DNA of 64,000 nt. Origin: Bacteroidales bacterium. Its GTDB lineage: Bacteria > Bacteroidota > Bacteroidia > Bacteroidales > GCA-2748055. A model generated the notes under the pieces. It was not told the DNA's origin and did no database searches. It saw nothing but the letters and a program-made list of their open reading frames with translations. This document shows, in pieces, positions 30,901-39,609 of this stretch; the stretch's first letter is position 1, and every line of letters begins with the position of its first letter. The position numbers and the translations under genes are program-made. Location: NCBI GenBank assembly GCA_021738565.1, contig JAIPBT010000002.1:7774-71773 (forward strand), read 5' to 3'.

Positions 30901-31175
30901 ATTTTGCGAATGAAGAGTTCATGATGTCTCAAGGGGATATACTGTATATGTTTTCTGATGGCTATCCTGACCAGTTTGGGGGTCCGCTGGGCAGAAAATT
31001 CAAAATGGCACGTTTGAAAAATCTACTTCGTGATATCAATAAGAAGCCGATGGAAGAGCAGTACAATTATGTAAAGAGCAATTTCTTTCTATGGAAGGAG
31101 GATCTGGAACAGGTCGATGATGTCCTGTTCATGGGCATAAAGATCCATCCACCCGACTTTATTGACAAGCACTAA
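27984..31175 (+). CDS. membrane sensor: periplasmic two-component-regulator propellers + Y_Y_Y domain, TM helix, SpoIIE/PP2C-type phosphatase
   Basis: About 1063 aa from the ATG at 27984. Propeller repeats (…DSNGYLWISTTQGL…, …DRDGHTWIATKGSG…). Y_Y_Y motif (YRYKLDGFDEWSEP…GDYTFMLSA). TM helix WWFIVSLVVIAIASVFLII, then a coiled coil. PP2C core (…SGDFYWYD…VCADSTGHGVPGAFMSMIG…MFSDGYPDQFGG…DDVLFMGIKI). Confidence 0.85.
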   Translation: MKIKLSFLLILIVFAHILNGQSYQIMRYGIKDGLCHESTNSVIQDSNGYLWISTTQGLCRLDGKNFDSQFLGDTLPTSIASTSFIDSKNRLWFGYKDGEIVMYDGSRFEVINLQEGSSSIIGFAEDDGGNILAMTQQSGLVIINEKFKTDFHTQAFSGLFASHFHLARDGNLLIGGFNGITLFTKNDTGSYTNAGRLTDIPYVQVFDIIDGSIDNLYYVGTDEDGLYALSGSGNDPAAYSASKLGVDQGLQYGIIKSLMLDDNGYLWVSDFGVGVYRFKLNEPFELSEGRLFSVSGGLPEEYIENIYKDDEGNIWFASNSNGIAVLRDQAFTFFDLINGDLDVPEISAICMEGDYYWFGSSSGELYLAGPVTSGGFKKYTSSNGLTGESITALWQDENYDLYIGTLTSGVFRMERSGAFARNFFTADNSLGNSVNAIDGDKQFIWIATNGGLYKIDKSTGEVEIQNTSTGLPHNVINDVLVDRDGHTWIATKGSGIYCVNDDDPALDIIIQGNPKLEFGCLTEDNKGQIWAGSSEDGVFKFTEDSLKVYSTEQGLKSKYTYAIDIDSKGFVWVGHRLGLSKINPKTGNVAIFDQEMGFTSDVLHRSIESNKEGLTLFGTNNGLIVYDANQSRPDTVPPRLNISQLNISDSIYDVSGDISLPYGIYKLRIDYVGINLSNPDQVLYRYKLDGFDEWSEPTRETFAKYSRIEDGDYTFMLSACDGNGNCTGEVAMFNISVKIPIWKAWWFIVSLVVIAIASVFLIIKIRERNQKALQEYLEQQLEERTREVIQQKEEIEIKNRDITDSINYAQRIQASILPPLQRLRTAFPESFVFYQPRDIVSGDFYWYDKLDEERFLIVCADSTGHGVPGAFMSMIGTTLIKDICQRPGVITPSDVLRTLDREVRSALHQNKESDGSNDGMDIIVAEINMKTNKLTVSSAMRPVVLYLNEEQIYVKGSRSSVGGQLDDTNLDKDFANEEFMMSQGDILYMFSDGYPDQFGGPLGRKFKMARLKNLLRDINKKPMEEQYNYVKSNFFLWKEDLEQVDDVLFMGIKIHPPDFIDKH

Positions 31176-31179
31176 TTAT
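31136..31179 (+). repeat. copy of the dispersed repeat overlapping two convergent gene ends
   Basis: AAGATCCATCCACCCGACTTTATTGACAAGCACTAATTA (31140-31178) has 2 mismatches to the 41377-41415 copy. It encodes the last ~10 codons plus the TAA of the SpoIIE sensor, and it contains the TAG (31172-31174, minus strand) of the convergent lipoprotein gene. Confidence 0.6.
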
Positions 31180-31681
31180 TTAGTTCAATGCCAGACAGGA
31201 TCCTTATTTCAGTTGTATCCGTATTGCTTTTATTGAAATCCCTGTCGTATATAAAAAATGTATAGAATATCGTATCGTATCGGATGATGGGGTATTCTAT
31301 GGTCACAGAAACCGTTCCTGATAAAGGTTGTTTGTCAAGATAAGGGATGATGTATTTCAGATAACCGCCATCTCCCTCGGGAATCTTCACATAATTATGG
31401 TCCTGGTAGTCATATAATTGCAAAAACAGGTTGTATCGCTGACTATCCGGTAACCCGAATGCCAGTGTATCCGGGATCGGATCAAAACCTACATTTCCAT
31501 CGCCGTCGGTGAAACTGAAATTCAGTTTTCCGGTAAGCGTCTCCTGGTCCAGACTGTTTACGGTAACATACAGGTAAAAGCTTTCATAATTTATAAAAGG
31601 TTCATCCGGGTATTCAGGGATTTCCTGGCACTGCTGCAGGGAGATCAGGAGAAGGGACAATATGACAAACAGCTTTTTCAT
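31172..31681 (-). CDS. hypothetical lipoprotein
   Basis: 169 aa. Signal with lipobox-like …LLLISLQQC. Beta-rich and Asp/Tyr-rich. No recognisable domain. Has a 4-nt convergent overlap with the SpoIIE sensor gene. Confidence 0.5.
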   Translation of the reverse strand: MKKLFVILSLLLISLQQCQEIPEYPDEPFINYESFYLYVTVNSLDQETLTGKLNFSFTDGDGNVGFDPIPDTLAFGLPDSQRYNLFLQLYDYQDHNYVKIPEGDGGYLKYIIPYLDKQPLSGTVSVTIEYPIIRYDTIFYTFFIYDRDFNKSNTDTTEIRILSGIELNN

Positions 31682-31780
31682 CTATCATTGCTTATTTTAA
31701 TTTGTCAGATGGAGCTCGCCATGACAGCTTTTCAAAGGTTCCTTGCCTATAAAGTGTTATAATCATAATCTTAATTGTTC

Positions 31781-31870
31781 CGCCAACTGGCGGATCATGG
31801 CTCGGTTCAGTCATCGATCCCGATGGCTATCGGGATGCTCTTGTCGCTTTCATATCAAGCACTGCAAAAT
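31781..31870. repeat. degenerate core of the repeat family (hairpin ATCCCGAT-ggct-ATCGGGAT)
   Basis: The order GGCGGATCATGG … TCATCGATCCCGATGGCTATCGGGATGCTCT … TCAAGCACTG parallels GGCTGGATCATAATG … GTCCCGATATATTTCGGGATGAGC … GCAAGCACTA inside the 41122-41419 element. Confidence 0.35.
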
Positions 31871-31913
31871 AATATGAGTTTTCTTTCTGATACTAATTAT
31901 ACAAAAATCCTGC

Positions 31914-33218
31914 CTATTTTTTTCTCATGAATATTTGAATGGGGACACCCGAAAAATCGAAGTTTGTCCTGATTTTATTCTCAAGGTACCTTTTGTAAGG
32001 CTCCCTGATGTATTGAGGCAGGTTACAATAGAACGCAAAAGAAGGTGTTCTTGTCGGCAATTGGGTTACATATTTAATTCTAATGTATTTTCCTTTTACC
32101 GAAGGAGGGTGATAGGCTTCTATTGCTTCCAGCATAACCTGGTTTAACCGGGAAGTAGGTATTTTTCTCTTGCGGTTTTCGAATACATGTATGGTCTCTT
32201 CAAGCGCTTTATGGATTCTTTGTTTTGTTGTGGCAGATATAAAAATTACCGGCACATCATGAAAAGGCTCCAGTCTATTCCTGACCGCACTTTCAAAAGT
32301 TTTTACCGATTCATTGTCTTTTTCAACAAGGTCCCACTTATTCACCAGTACCACCACACCTTTTTTATTTCTTTCTATAAGGTGAAAGATATTCACATCC
32401 TGGCTTTCAATACCGATGGTGGCATCAATAAGAAGCATGCATACATCAGCATGCTCAATAGCCCTGACAGACCTCATTACCGAGTAGAATTCAAGGTTGT
32501 TCCTTACCTTGCTTTTTTTTCTTATTCCTGCCGTATCAACAAACGTAAAATCCAGGTTGTATTTCGAATACCTTGTATGAATTGAATCACGCGTGGTTCC
32601 TGATACTTCAGTTACAATATTCCTCTCTTCTCCGATGAGTGAATTGATCAAAGATGATTTCCCAACATTTGGACGGCCTACGACAGCAATGCGGGGCAAC
32701 TCACTTTCTTCCTCCTGGTCGTCTTTCCTGAAATGCTGTAAAAGGTTGTCCAGAAGATCACCGGTACCGCTACCATTTATGGATGATACAGTGTGGATCT
32801 CACCCAATCCAAGTCCATAAAATTCAGTACTTTCATTGATCCTTTCCGAGGTGTCCACTTTATTTGCAACGACCATTACCGGCTTACGGATCTTTCGGAG
32901 CATTCTTGCTATGTATTCATCCAGATCGGTGATGCCATTGGTGACATCCACCAGGAACATGATCACATCTGCTTCGTCAATGGCCAGATGAACCTGTCGC
33001 TTTATCTCCTCTTCAAAAACATCCTCGGAATTATTGATGTATCCGCCGGTATCAATCACTGTAAAGGTCCTGCCGTTCCAGAACACCTTGCCATAATGCC
33101 TGTCTCTTGTCACGCCGCTTTCCCGGTCAACGATGGCCTGCTTTGTCTCTGTAAGCCGGTTGAAGAAGGTAGATTTACCCACGTTGGGTCTTCCTACTAT
33201 TGCTACGATGTTACTCAT
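31914..33218 (-). CDS. der: ribosome-biogenesis GTPase Der (EngA)
   Basis: 434 aa. Two tandem GTPase domains, each with the P-loop GRPNVGKS(T/S). C-terminal KH-like domain. Confidence 0.95.
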   Translation of the reverse strand: MSNIVAIVGRPNVGKSTFFNRLTETKQAIVDRESGVTRDRHYGKVFWNGRTFTVIDTGGYINNSEDVFEEEIKRQVHLAIDEADVIMFLVDVTNGITDLDEYIARMLRKIRKPVMVVANKVDTSERINESTEFYGLGLGEIHTVSSINGSGTGDLLDNLLQHFRKDDQEEESELPRIAVVGRPNVGKSSLINSLIGEERNIVTEVSGTTRDSIHTRYSKYNLDFTFVDTAGIRKKSKVRNNLEFYSVMRSVRAIEHADVCMLLIDATIGIESQDVNIFHLIERNKKGVVVLVNKWDLVEKDNESVKTFESAVRNRLEPFHDVPVIFISATTKQRIHKALEETIHVFENRKRKIPTSRLNQVMLEAIEAYHPPSVKGKYIRIKYVTQLPTRTPSFAFYCNLPQYIREPYKRYLENKIRTNFDFSGVPIQIFMRKK

Positions 33219-33226
33219 CTTTCAAA

Positions 33227-34117
33227 TTACCTGTAACCAAAGTTTTTTAATTTTCGATCATCATTTCTCCACTCCTTCTGAACCTTTACAAATAATTCAA
33301 GATATATTTTCTTGCTGAAAAAGTTTTCCATTTCAGTCCTGGCTTCGATACCTACCTTTTTCAGCATGTTGCCCCTGTGACCGATAAGTATTCCTTTCTG
33401 ACTTTCTTTTTCAGTGTAAATAACGGCCCTGACTCTGATTATATTCTTGTCCTCTTTGAACGATTCGATCTCAACTTCCACGGAATACGGGATCTCCTGT
33501 TTGTAGTACTGAAGGATCTTCTCCCGGACAATCTCTCCTGCAATAAACCGTTCGGATTTGTCGGTGAACATATCTTTTGGGTAAAAGGGCGGAGCATAGG
33601 GAAGTAATTCCAGTATCCGGTTGAATACACGGTCAATATTAAAATTTTTCAGCGCGCTCAATGGAACAATCTCTGCATCCGGAAAAATGTTATGCCAGTT
33701 CTCAACGGTTGCTGCCAGAGAATCCTGGTCGGTGAGATCAATTTTGTTGATCAGCACCAGCAAAGGGGTTTTACTGGCTTTTAACTTTTTAATAAAAAAT
33801 TCATTTTCATCAGGTTGCTGACCAGCCTCTGCCATATAGATGAATACATCGGCATCACTGAGCGCTGATTTTGCATTCTTTAGCATATATTCCTGGAGCT
33901 TGTAGCCGGGGTCCAGGATACCCGGTGTATCAGAGAAGACGATCTGGTAATTCTCACCATTCAGGATCCCATGGATCCGGTGTCTCGTTGTCTGGGCTTT
34001 GGATGTTATGATGGACAATTTTTCACCCACCATACTGTTCATCAATGTGGATTTTCCGACATTGGGCTTGCCAAGAATATTGACAAAACCGGCTTTATGT
34101 GATTCCTGATCATTCAA
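33227..34117 (-). CDS. era: GTPase Era
   Basis: 296 aa. P-loop GKPNVGKSTL, plus DTPG and NKID motifs. C-terminal KH domain (…VVEIESFKE…IGHRGNMLKKVG…). Confidence 0.95.
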   Translation of the reverse strand: MNDQESHKAGFVNILGKPNVGKSTLMNSMVGEKLSIITSKAQTTRHRIHGILNGENYQIVFSDTPGILDPGYKLQEYMLKNAKSALSDADVFIYMAEAGQQPDENEFFIKKLKASKTPLLVLINKIDLTDQDSLAATVENWHNIFPDAEIVPLSALKNFNIDRVFNRILELLPYAPPFYPKDMFTDKSERFIAGEIVREKILQYYKQEIPYSVEVEIESFKEDKNIIRVRAVIYTEKESQKGILIGHRGNMLKKVGIEARTEMENFFSKKIYLELFVKVQKEWRNDDRKLKNFGYR

Positions 34118-34994
34118 AGGCGTTGGTTTTCAGAATTTTAATTTCTCTGTCTGTCAGGAACCTGTATCTTCCGCGGGGCAAATTCTTTTTTGTGAGTCCT
34201 GCAAAGTACACCCTGTCAAGTTTTGTAACTTCATACCCGATTTTTTCAAAGATCCTCCTGACAATCCTGTTTCTGCCCGAGTGGATCTCGATACCAATCT
34301 CCTTTTTGTTATCCTTATTCGCGTAGGCGATAGCGTCCACTTTAATAGGTCCATCATCTAGTGTCAGACCCTCCCTGATTTTCACAAGGTCGTTGTGCAA
34401 TAGGTTTTTGTTTAAAAAAACATGGTAGATCTTTTTTTTGTTGAATGAGGGGTGTGTCAGTCTCCTTGTAAGTTCACCGTCATTTGTAAAAAGCAGTACA
34501 CCTGTTGTGTTCCTGTCAAGGCGCCCAACCGGATAGATCCTTTCCTTGCAGGCCTTGCCGACAAGGTCCATTACAGTTTTTTTTGCATGCGGATCCTCCA
34601 CCGTGGTAATATAGTTTTTAGGTTTGTTGAGCAACAGGTAGACTTTTCGCTCACTCCCCAATCTTTCACCATTGTATCTTATGTCGTCGCCCGGATTGAC
34701 TTTACTTCCCAGTTCAGTGACGATTTTCCCGTTTACCGATACCAGTCCGGCTTCAATAAATTTGTCTGCTTCCCTTCTGGAACATATTCCCGAGTGGGCA
34801 ATGTATTTATTCAGGCGCATCTGCTCCTGGGAAGGCATCTTTGAGCGGCTGTTTCCCGAAGGATAATTTTTTTTACTTCCGGGCCTGCGTACACTCTTTT
34901 TTGATTGGTCCTTTCTGCCTGTTCCGGAATCCTGCCCGGCATCTTTTTTGTTATACTTCCGGGGATTTATTCTATCATGCTTATTTTGTGCCAC
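34110..34994 (-). CDS. rRNA pseudouridine synthase (RsuA/RluB family) with basic N-terminal tail
   Basis: 294 aa. S4 domain (MRLNKYIAHSGICSRREADKFIE) and catalytic motif GRLDRNTTGVLLFTNDG. Has a ~55-aa Lys/Arg/Ser-rich N-terminal extension. Overlaps era by 8 nt. Confidence 0.85.
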   Translation of the reverse strand: MAQNKHDRINPRKYNKKDAGQDSGTGRKDQSKKSVRRPGSKKNYPSGNSRSKMPSQEQMRLNKYIAHSGICSRREADKFIEAGLVSVNGKIVTELGSKVNPGDDIRYNGERLGSERKVYLLLNKPKNYITTVEDPHAKKTVMDLVGKACKERIYPVGRLDRNTTGVLLFTNDGELTRRLTHPSFNKKKIYHVFLNKNLLHNDLVKIREGLTLDDGPIKVDAIAYANKDNKKEIGIEIHSGRNRIVRRIFEKIGYEVTKLDRVYFAGLTKKNLPRGRYRFLTDREIKILKTNAFE

Positions 34995-35187
34995 TTATAT
35001 GTGAGATATATGAAGATGCAAAGTTACGATTATAATTCAGAACAGAATAATATTTATATCTTTGTTCTCCTGAAAAAAAAAAGCAGTGACCAGTTAAAAG
35101 AAATTAAGGTTATTTTTGTTTTTTTAAGTTAGTAATTAAACCTTTTATATTCACTGTAGTCTTAATACAATAGAGCCAAAAACTAAT

Positions 35188-36576
35188 ATGACCTTAATTT
35201 CTTCAATCTCAGGCATACGTGGCACCATTGGGGGCACTCCCGGGAAAGGACTCACCCCTGTGGATGCAGTTCAGTTTGCATCGGGGTATGCACAATGGTT
35301 AAAAATAAATACCCGGAAAAACAACCCAACCGTGGTTTTGGGAAGGGATGCCAGGATATCGGGGCCAATGATGTTCCATCTTGTTTCCGGAGCATTAACA
35401 GGAATGGGTGTGCATGTGGTTGATATTTCACTTGCCACAACACCGACCGTGGAAATTGCGGTACCGGAACTGAATGCAGACGGGGGAATTATTCTCACTG
35501 CCAGTCATAATCCCAGGGAGTGGAACGCTTTGAAACTGTTGAACAGTAAAGGAGAGTTTCTTTCGGCAAAAGATGGGGACCTGATCCTTCAGCTAATTCA
35601 AGATGGTGATTTCGAATATGAAAGTGTTGATGGCCTTGGAAGCATCTCAGAGAATGATGCAATGAACGAATTGCACATTCAGAAAGTGCTGGATCTTCCA
35701 CTTGTGAATACCGAAAAAATTGCCACTGCAAATTTTCGTGTTGCCATTGACTGCGTTAATTCAGTGGGGGGCATCATAATACCTTCACTTTTAAAAAGGC
35801 TGGGGGTGGAGCATGTAGTTAAGCTGTATTGTGATCCAACAGGTGAATTTCCGCACAACCCGGAGCCCTTACCGGAAAACCTGACTGCAATCTCAGAATT
35901 GGTTGTCTCTGAAAAAGCCGATGTGGGATTTGTGGTTGATCCTGACGTGGACCGCTTAGCTATTATTAATGAGGACGGGACTATGTTCGGAGAGGAATAT
36001 ACACTTGTTGCAGTAGCAGACTATGTTTTGAACCATACACCCGGAAGCACATGTTCAAACCTTTCTTCATCAAGGGCATTGCGTTACATTACGGAACAAC
36101 ACGGTCAATCGTATTTCCCTGCAGCAGTGGGTGAGGTTAATGTTGTGGAAAAGATGAAAGAAGAAGGATGTATAATAGGTGGAGAAGGGAACGGAGGTGT
36201 GATCTATCCTGATCTTCACTATGGAAGGGATGCCCTTGCAGGTATTGCACTTTTTCTCTCGCATCTTGCAGAAAAGCAGATGAAATGCAGTGAGCTGAGG
36301 AGATCTTACCCGGGCCTTGAGATGATAAAAAGTAAAATCGCACTTACACCGGAGACCGACGTGGATGACATACTTAATCGTCTGGAAGAGAAATTTAAAA
36401 ATGAGAATATTACAACCATCGATGGTTTGAAAATCGATTTTGAGACCGGTTGGGTACATTTGAGGAAATCCAATACCGAGCCGATCATAAGGGTATATGC
36501 AGAGGCTGCCTACCGGAAAGAAGCAGAAAGACTTGTGGCAGATATAATTAATGAGATCAATCCTATGAAATTTTGA
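35188..36576 (+). CDS. glmM: phosphoglucosamine mutase (alpha-D-phosphohexomutase family)
   Basis: 462 aa. Active-site loop TASHNPREWNALK, metal loop FVVDPDVDRL, and sugar loop GGEGNGG. Substrate specificity is inferred from the Bacteroidota GlmM-like length and architecture. Confidence 0.8.
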   Translation: MTLISSISGIRGTIGGTPGKGLTPVDAVQFASGYAQWLKINTRKNNPTVVLGRDARISGPMMFHLVSGALTGMGVHVVDISLATTPTVEIAVPELNADGGIILTASHNPREWNALKLLNSKGEFLSAKDGDLILQLIQDGDFEYESVDGLGSISENDAMNELHIQKVLDLPLVNTEKIATANFRVAIDCVNSVGGIIIPSLLKRLGVEHVVKLYCDPTGEFPHNPEPLPENLTAISELVVSEKADVGFVVDPDVDRLAIINEDGTMFGEEYTLVAVADYVLNHTPGSTCSNLSSSRALRYITEQHGQSYFPAAVGEVNVVEKMKEEGCIIGGEGNGGVIYPDLHYGRDALAGIALFLSHLAEKQMKCSELRRSYPGLEMIKSKIALTPETDVDDILNRLEEKFKNENITTIDGLKIDFETGWVHLRKSNTEPIIRVYAEAAYRKEAERLVADIINEINPMKF

Positions 36577-36889
36577 TTTTATTAATACATATCCCGGCAT
36601 AAATTCCCCAACAATTATAGTAGTTGAATTTAGTGAAACGAAATTTGTACTATCAATTATATGATTAATAAATATCATGTGAGAACGCAGCCATTACATG
36701 AGTGAAGAAGTTTATTATTTCTTCATTTTCAATTAAATAATAAATATTAACGAATGAAACCCTCATGCACTATCGATCGCAACAGGGAATGAATATAACA
36801 TGAGGGTTCCACGGTATCAATATCGAAATTATCAAATTTTTTAGTTTTTAATTATCTGAAATACAAATGCTTAACTAAATTATGTACTA

Positions 36890-38263
36890 GTGAAAAAAAG
36901 AACACTTATTATTAGCATAAGCCTCGCAGCAGTTGTGGTTGCAATCATCATTTATTCCGCTGTATCGGGTAAGGAGAAAGAAGTGGTCCTCGAGACCGAA
37001 GTGCAGAAGAGCCTGTTTGAAATCTCTGTGATGGTCACTGGAGAATTGCAGGCATTGAATGTTACAGAAATTCAGGGCCCGTCGGAATTGAGAAGCCGTT
37101 CTCTGAGAATTCGGAATGTTAAGATACAGGAATTGATCACAGAAGGTTCGGTTGTTGATTCTGGTGATTGGGTAGCTACACTTGACAGGTCTGAGGCCGA
37201 CAATCAGCTGAAGGATATTATGGATGAGATCGAGCGGCTTGAATCAGTGTATCTCAGGGCAAGACTCGACACAACCATTGAGCTCAGGAGCCTGCGTGAT
37301 AACCTGATCAATCTGAGGTTTGCCGTGGAGGAAGCAAAAATAACTCTTGAACAGTCCAAATATGAACCTCCCGCTACCATCCGGCAGGCAGAGATCAACC
37401 TTGAAAAAGCTGAAAGAGCCTATGCCCAGACTCAAATGAATTACAAGCTGAAGGTCCAGGAATCAAAAGCAAATGTACGTGAGGTGCAGATCAACCTGGA
37501 CAGGGCAAAAAGAAGGCAGGTGGACATGCTGGCTGTGCTTAAGAAGTTTGATATCACAGCTCCTTCACCGGGAATGGTCATATATCAGCGCGACTGGGAT
37601 GGTACCAAAAGAACGGCCGGGACTGAAATTAATCCATGGGACCTAACCATTGCTACATTACCCGATATGTCGACCATGATATCCAAGACCTATGTGAATG
37701 AAATTGATATAAGTAAGATCAAGTCAGGCCAGGAGGTAAGGATCGGAGTTGATGCATTTCCTGAAAGGAAGTATACTGGAGCAGTCTTTGAAGTGGCAAA
37801 TATAGGGGAGCAGCTTCCCAATACCGATGCAAAGGTTTTTGAGGTCAGGATCGAATTAAATGAGAAAGATACCATACTCAGACCTTCGATGACCACCAGC
37901 AACCAGATAGTTACAAAAGTCTATGATGAGGTATTGTACCTTCCGCTTGAGGCTGTGAGGACCAATGACAGCATTACCTTTGTATACACTCACAACAAAG
38001 AGCGTCAGGTCGTGGTTGTGGGTGAATCGAATGAAAATTCGATTATTATTGAGCAGGGCTTAGAGGAAGGAGATATGGTTTATCTTTCAACACCGAAAGA
38101 GCCGGAACTTTTTACTTTTACAGGAACTGAACTGATAGATGTAATAAAACAAAGGGAAGAGGAAGAACTCAAGGCCATGCAGAACAGCGGCCCACGTGAC
38201 AGTGCAAAGAGAAGGCCGTCAAATGTCAATCAACTCAGGAGACCACGGCAAAACAGAAATTAA
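36890..38263 (+). CDS. periplasmic adaptor (HlyD/MacA-like membrane fusion protein)
   Basis: 457 aa with a GTG start. N-terminal anchor, a long coiled-coil hairpin (aa ~95-215), beta-barrel segments, and a basic C-terminal tail. Lies 2 nt upstream of the MacB-like permease gene. Confidence 0.75.
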   Translation: MKKRTLIISISLAAVVVAIIIYSAVSGKEKEVVLETEVQKSLFEISVMVTGELQALNVTEIQGPSELRSRSLRIRNVKIQELITEGSVVDSGDWVATLDRSEADNQLKDIMDEIERLESVYLRARLDTTIELRSLRDNLINLRFAVEEAKITLEQSKYEPPATIRQAEINLEKAERAYAQTQMNYKLKVQESKANVREVQINLDRAKRRQVDMLAVLKKFDITAPSPGMVIYQRDWDGTKRTAGTEINPWDLTIATLPDMSTMISKTYVNEIDISKIKSGQEVRIGVDAFPERKYTGAVFEVANIGEQLPNTDAKVFEVRIELNEKDTILRPSMTTSNQIVTKVYDEVLYLPLEAVRTNDSITFVYTHNKERQVVVVGESNENSIIIEQGLEEGDMVYLSTPKEPELFTFTGTELIDVIKQREEEELKAMQNSGPRDSAKRRPSNVNQLRRPRQNRN

Positions 38264-38265
38264 CA

Positions 38266-39609
38266 ATGAGAAGATATTTTCACGATATAGTCATTGCCAT
38301 TGAGTCGATCCTGTCCAACCAACTTCGCAGTTTGCTTACGGCACTTGGCATTATATTCGGGGTAGCAGCAGTGATCACTATGCTGGCCATTGGTAAGGGA
38401 GCACAGCAGGAAATACTCGAACAGATCAAAATGGTGGGGGTAAACAATATAGTAGTGATGCCTATTGTTACACCGGACACCGGCGAAGATTCTGAAGCTG
38501 GTTCTGAAAAAAAGGAGAAGAAGAAATTTTCCCCGGGATTAACAATGTTAGATGTTGAAGCAATAAAGGAGAACCTGCCGACAATGAAACAGTTAAGTCC
38601 TGAAATTACTTTAAATTCATTTGTTATAAAAGGGGGAAAAAGGGAATCCGCCAAATTGATTGGGGTTTCAAATGAGTATTTTGATATTTTTAACCTGCAG
38701 TTGGACCGGGGGAGTTATTTTAATGAATACCATGAAGAAAATGGTATACCGGTTTGTGTGATCGGGGCAAATATAAGGAACAAGTTTTTTGCCTCCGAGA
38801 ACCCCATTGGTAATTACTTAAAATTTGACAATGTATGGTTAAAAGTTGTGGGAGTGCTCGAAAAAACGGAAGTCAACCTAACGCGTTTTGAAGATATCGG
38901 TGTAAATGTCATGAATGACAACATTTACATTCCCGTGAAGACCATGATACTGCGTTACCAGAACAGGGCCCTGGTCGCAACAAGAATGAAATCTTCCAAT
39001 GTCAGGGTAAGCAGACGTTTTATAAGCATCCAGCCAAATCAGAACAACAGCGGCAATTACAATCAGCTTGACAGGATAGTGGTGCAGGTGAATGAATCCA
39101 ACGAATTGAATCCCTCATCTGATGTGCTATCAAGGTTGTTGTTGAGAAGGCACCAGGAAGTGGAAGACTTTGAAATTACTGTCCCCGAATTGTTACTGAA
39201 ACAGGAACAACGTACCAAGGATATTTTCAATATAGTTCTTGGAGCCATAGCGAGTATATCACTGTTGGTCGGGGGCATAGGAATCATGAACATCATGTTC
39301 GCTTCGGTCATGGAAAGGATCAAGGAAATTGGAACACGGCTTGCAATAGGGGCCAAGAAAATGGACATTGTGGTGCAATTTCTTGCTGAAGCCGTCCTGA
39401 TCAGTGTAACAGGCGGATTGATAGGAGTATTACTGGGTGTGGTGGCATCGGCACTTATTACCAAATTTGCGGGAATATTAACCATTGTTTCTCCGGTAAG
39501 TGTCATGATTGCATTTTTTGTATCTGCTTCCGTTGGCGTGATCTTTGGTTATTCTCCAGCCAAACGTGCATCAGAAAAAGATCCCATTGAATCATTACGA
39601 TATGAATAA
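38266..39609 (+). CDS. MacB-like ABC transporter permease (FtsX family), no ATPase domain
   Basis: 447 aa. N-terminal TM (LRSLLTALGIIFGVAAVITMLAIG), a large periplasmic domain, and a C-terminal 3-TM FtsX bundle ending …PAKRASEKDPIESLRYE. No Walker A/B motifs. Confidence 0.85.
   Translation: MRRYFHDIVIAIESILSNQLRSLLTALGIIFGVAAVITMLAIGKGAQQEILEQIKMVGVNNIVVMPIVTPDTGEDSEAGSEKKEKKKFSPGLTMLDVEAIKENLPTMKQLSPEITLNSFVIKGGKRESAKLIGVSNEYFDIFNLQLDRGSYFNEYHEENGIPVCVIGANIRNKFFASENPIGNYLKFDNVWLKVVGVLEKTEVNLTRFEDIGVNVMNDNIYIPVKTMILRYQNRALVATRMKSSNVRVSRRFISIQPNQNNSGNYNQLDRIVVQVNESNELNPSSDVLSRLLLRRHQEVEDFEITVPELLLKQEQRTKDIFNIVLGAIASISLLVGGIGIMNIMFASVMERIKEIGTRLAIGAKKMDIVVQFLAEAVLISVTGGLIGVLLGVVASALITKFAGILTIVSPVSVMIAFFVSASVGVIFGYSPAKRASEKDPIESLRYE

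Noticed and set aside
35073-35082. A10 homopolymer in the divergent spacer between the pseudouridine synthase gene and glmM, as a phase-variable promoter spacer
   Set aside because: It is a single tract with no recognisable flanking promoter elements. A/T runs are common in these intergenic regions, and no evidence can be obtained from one sequence.
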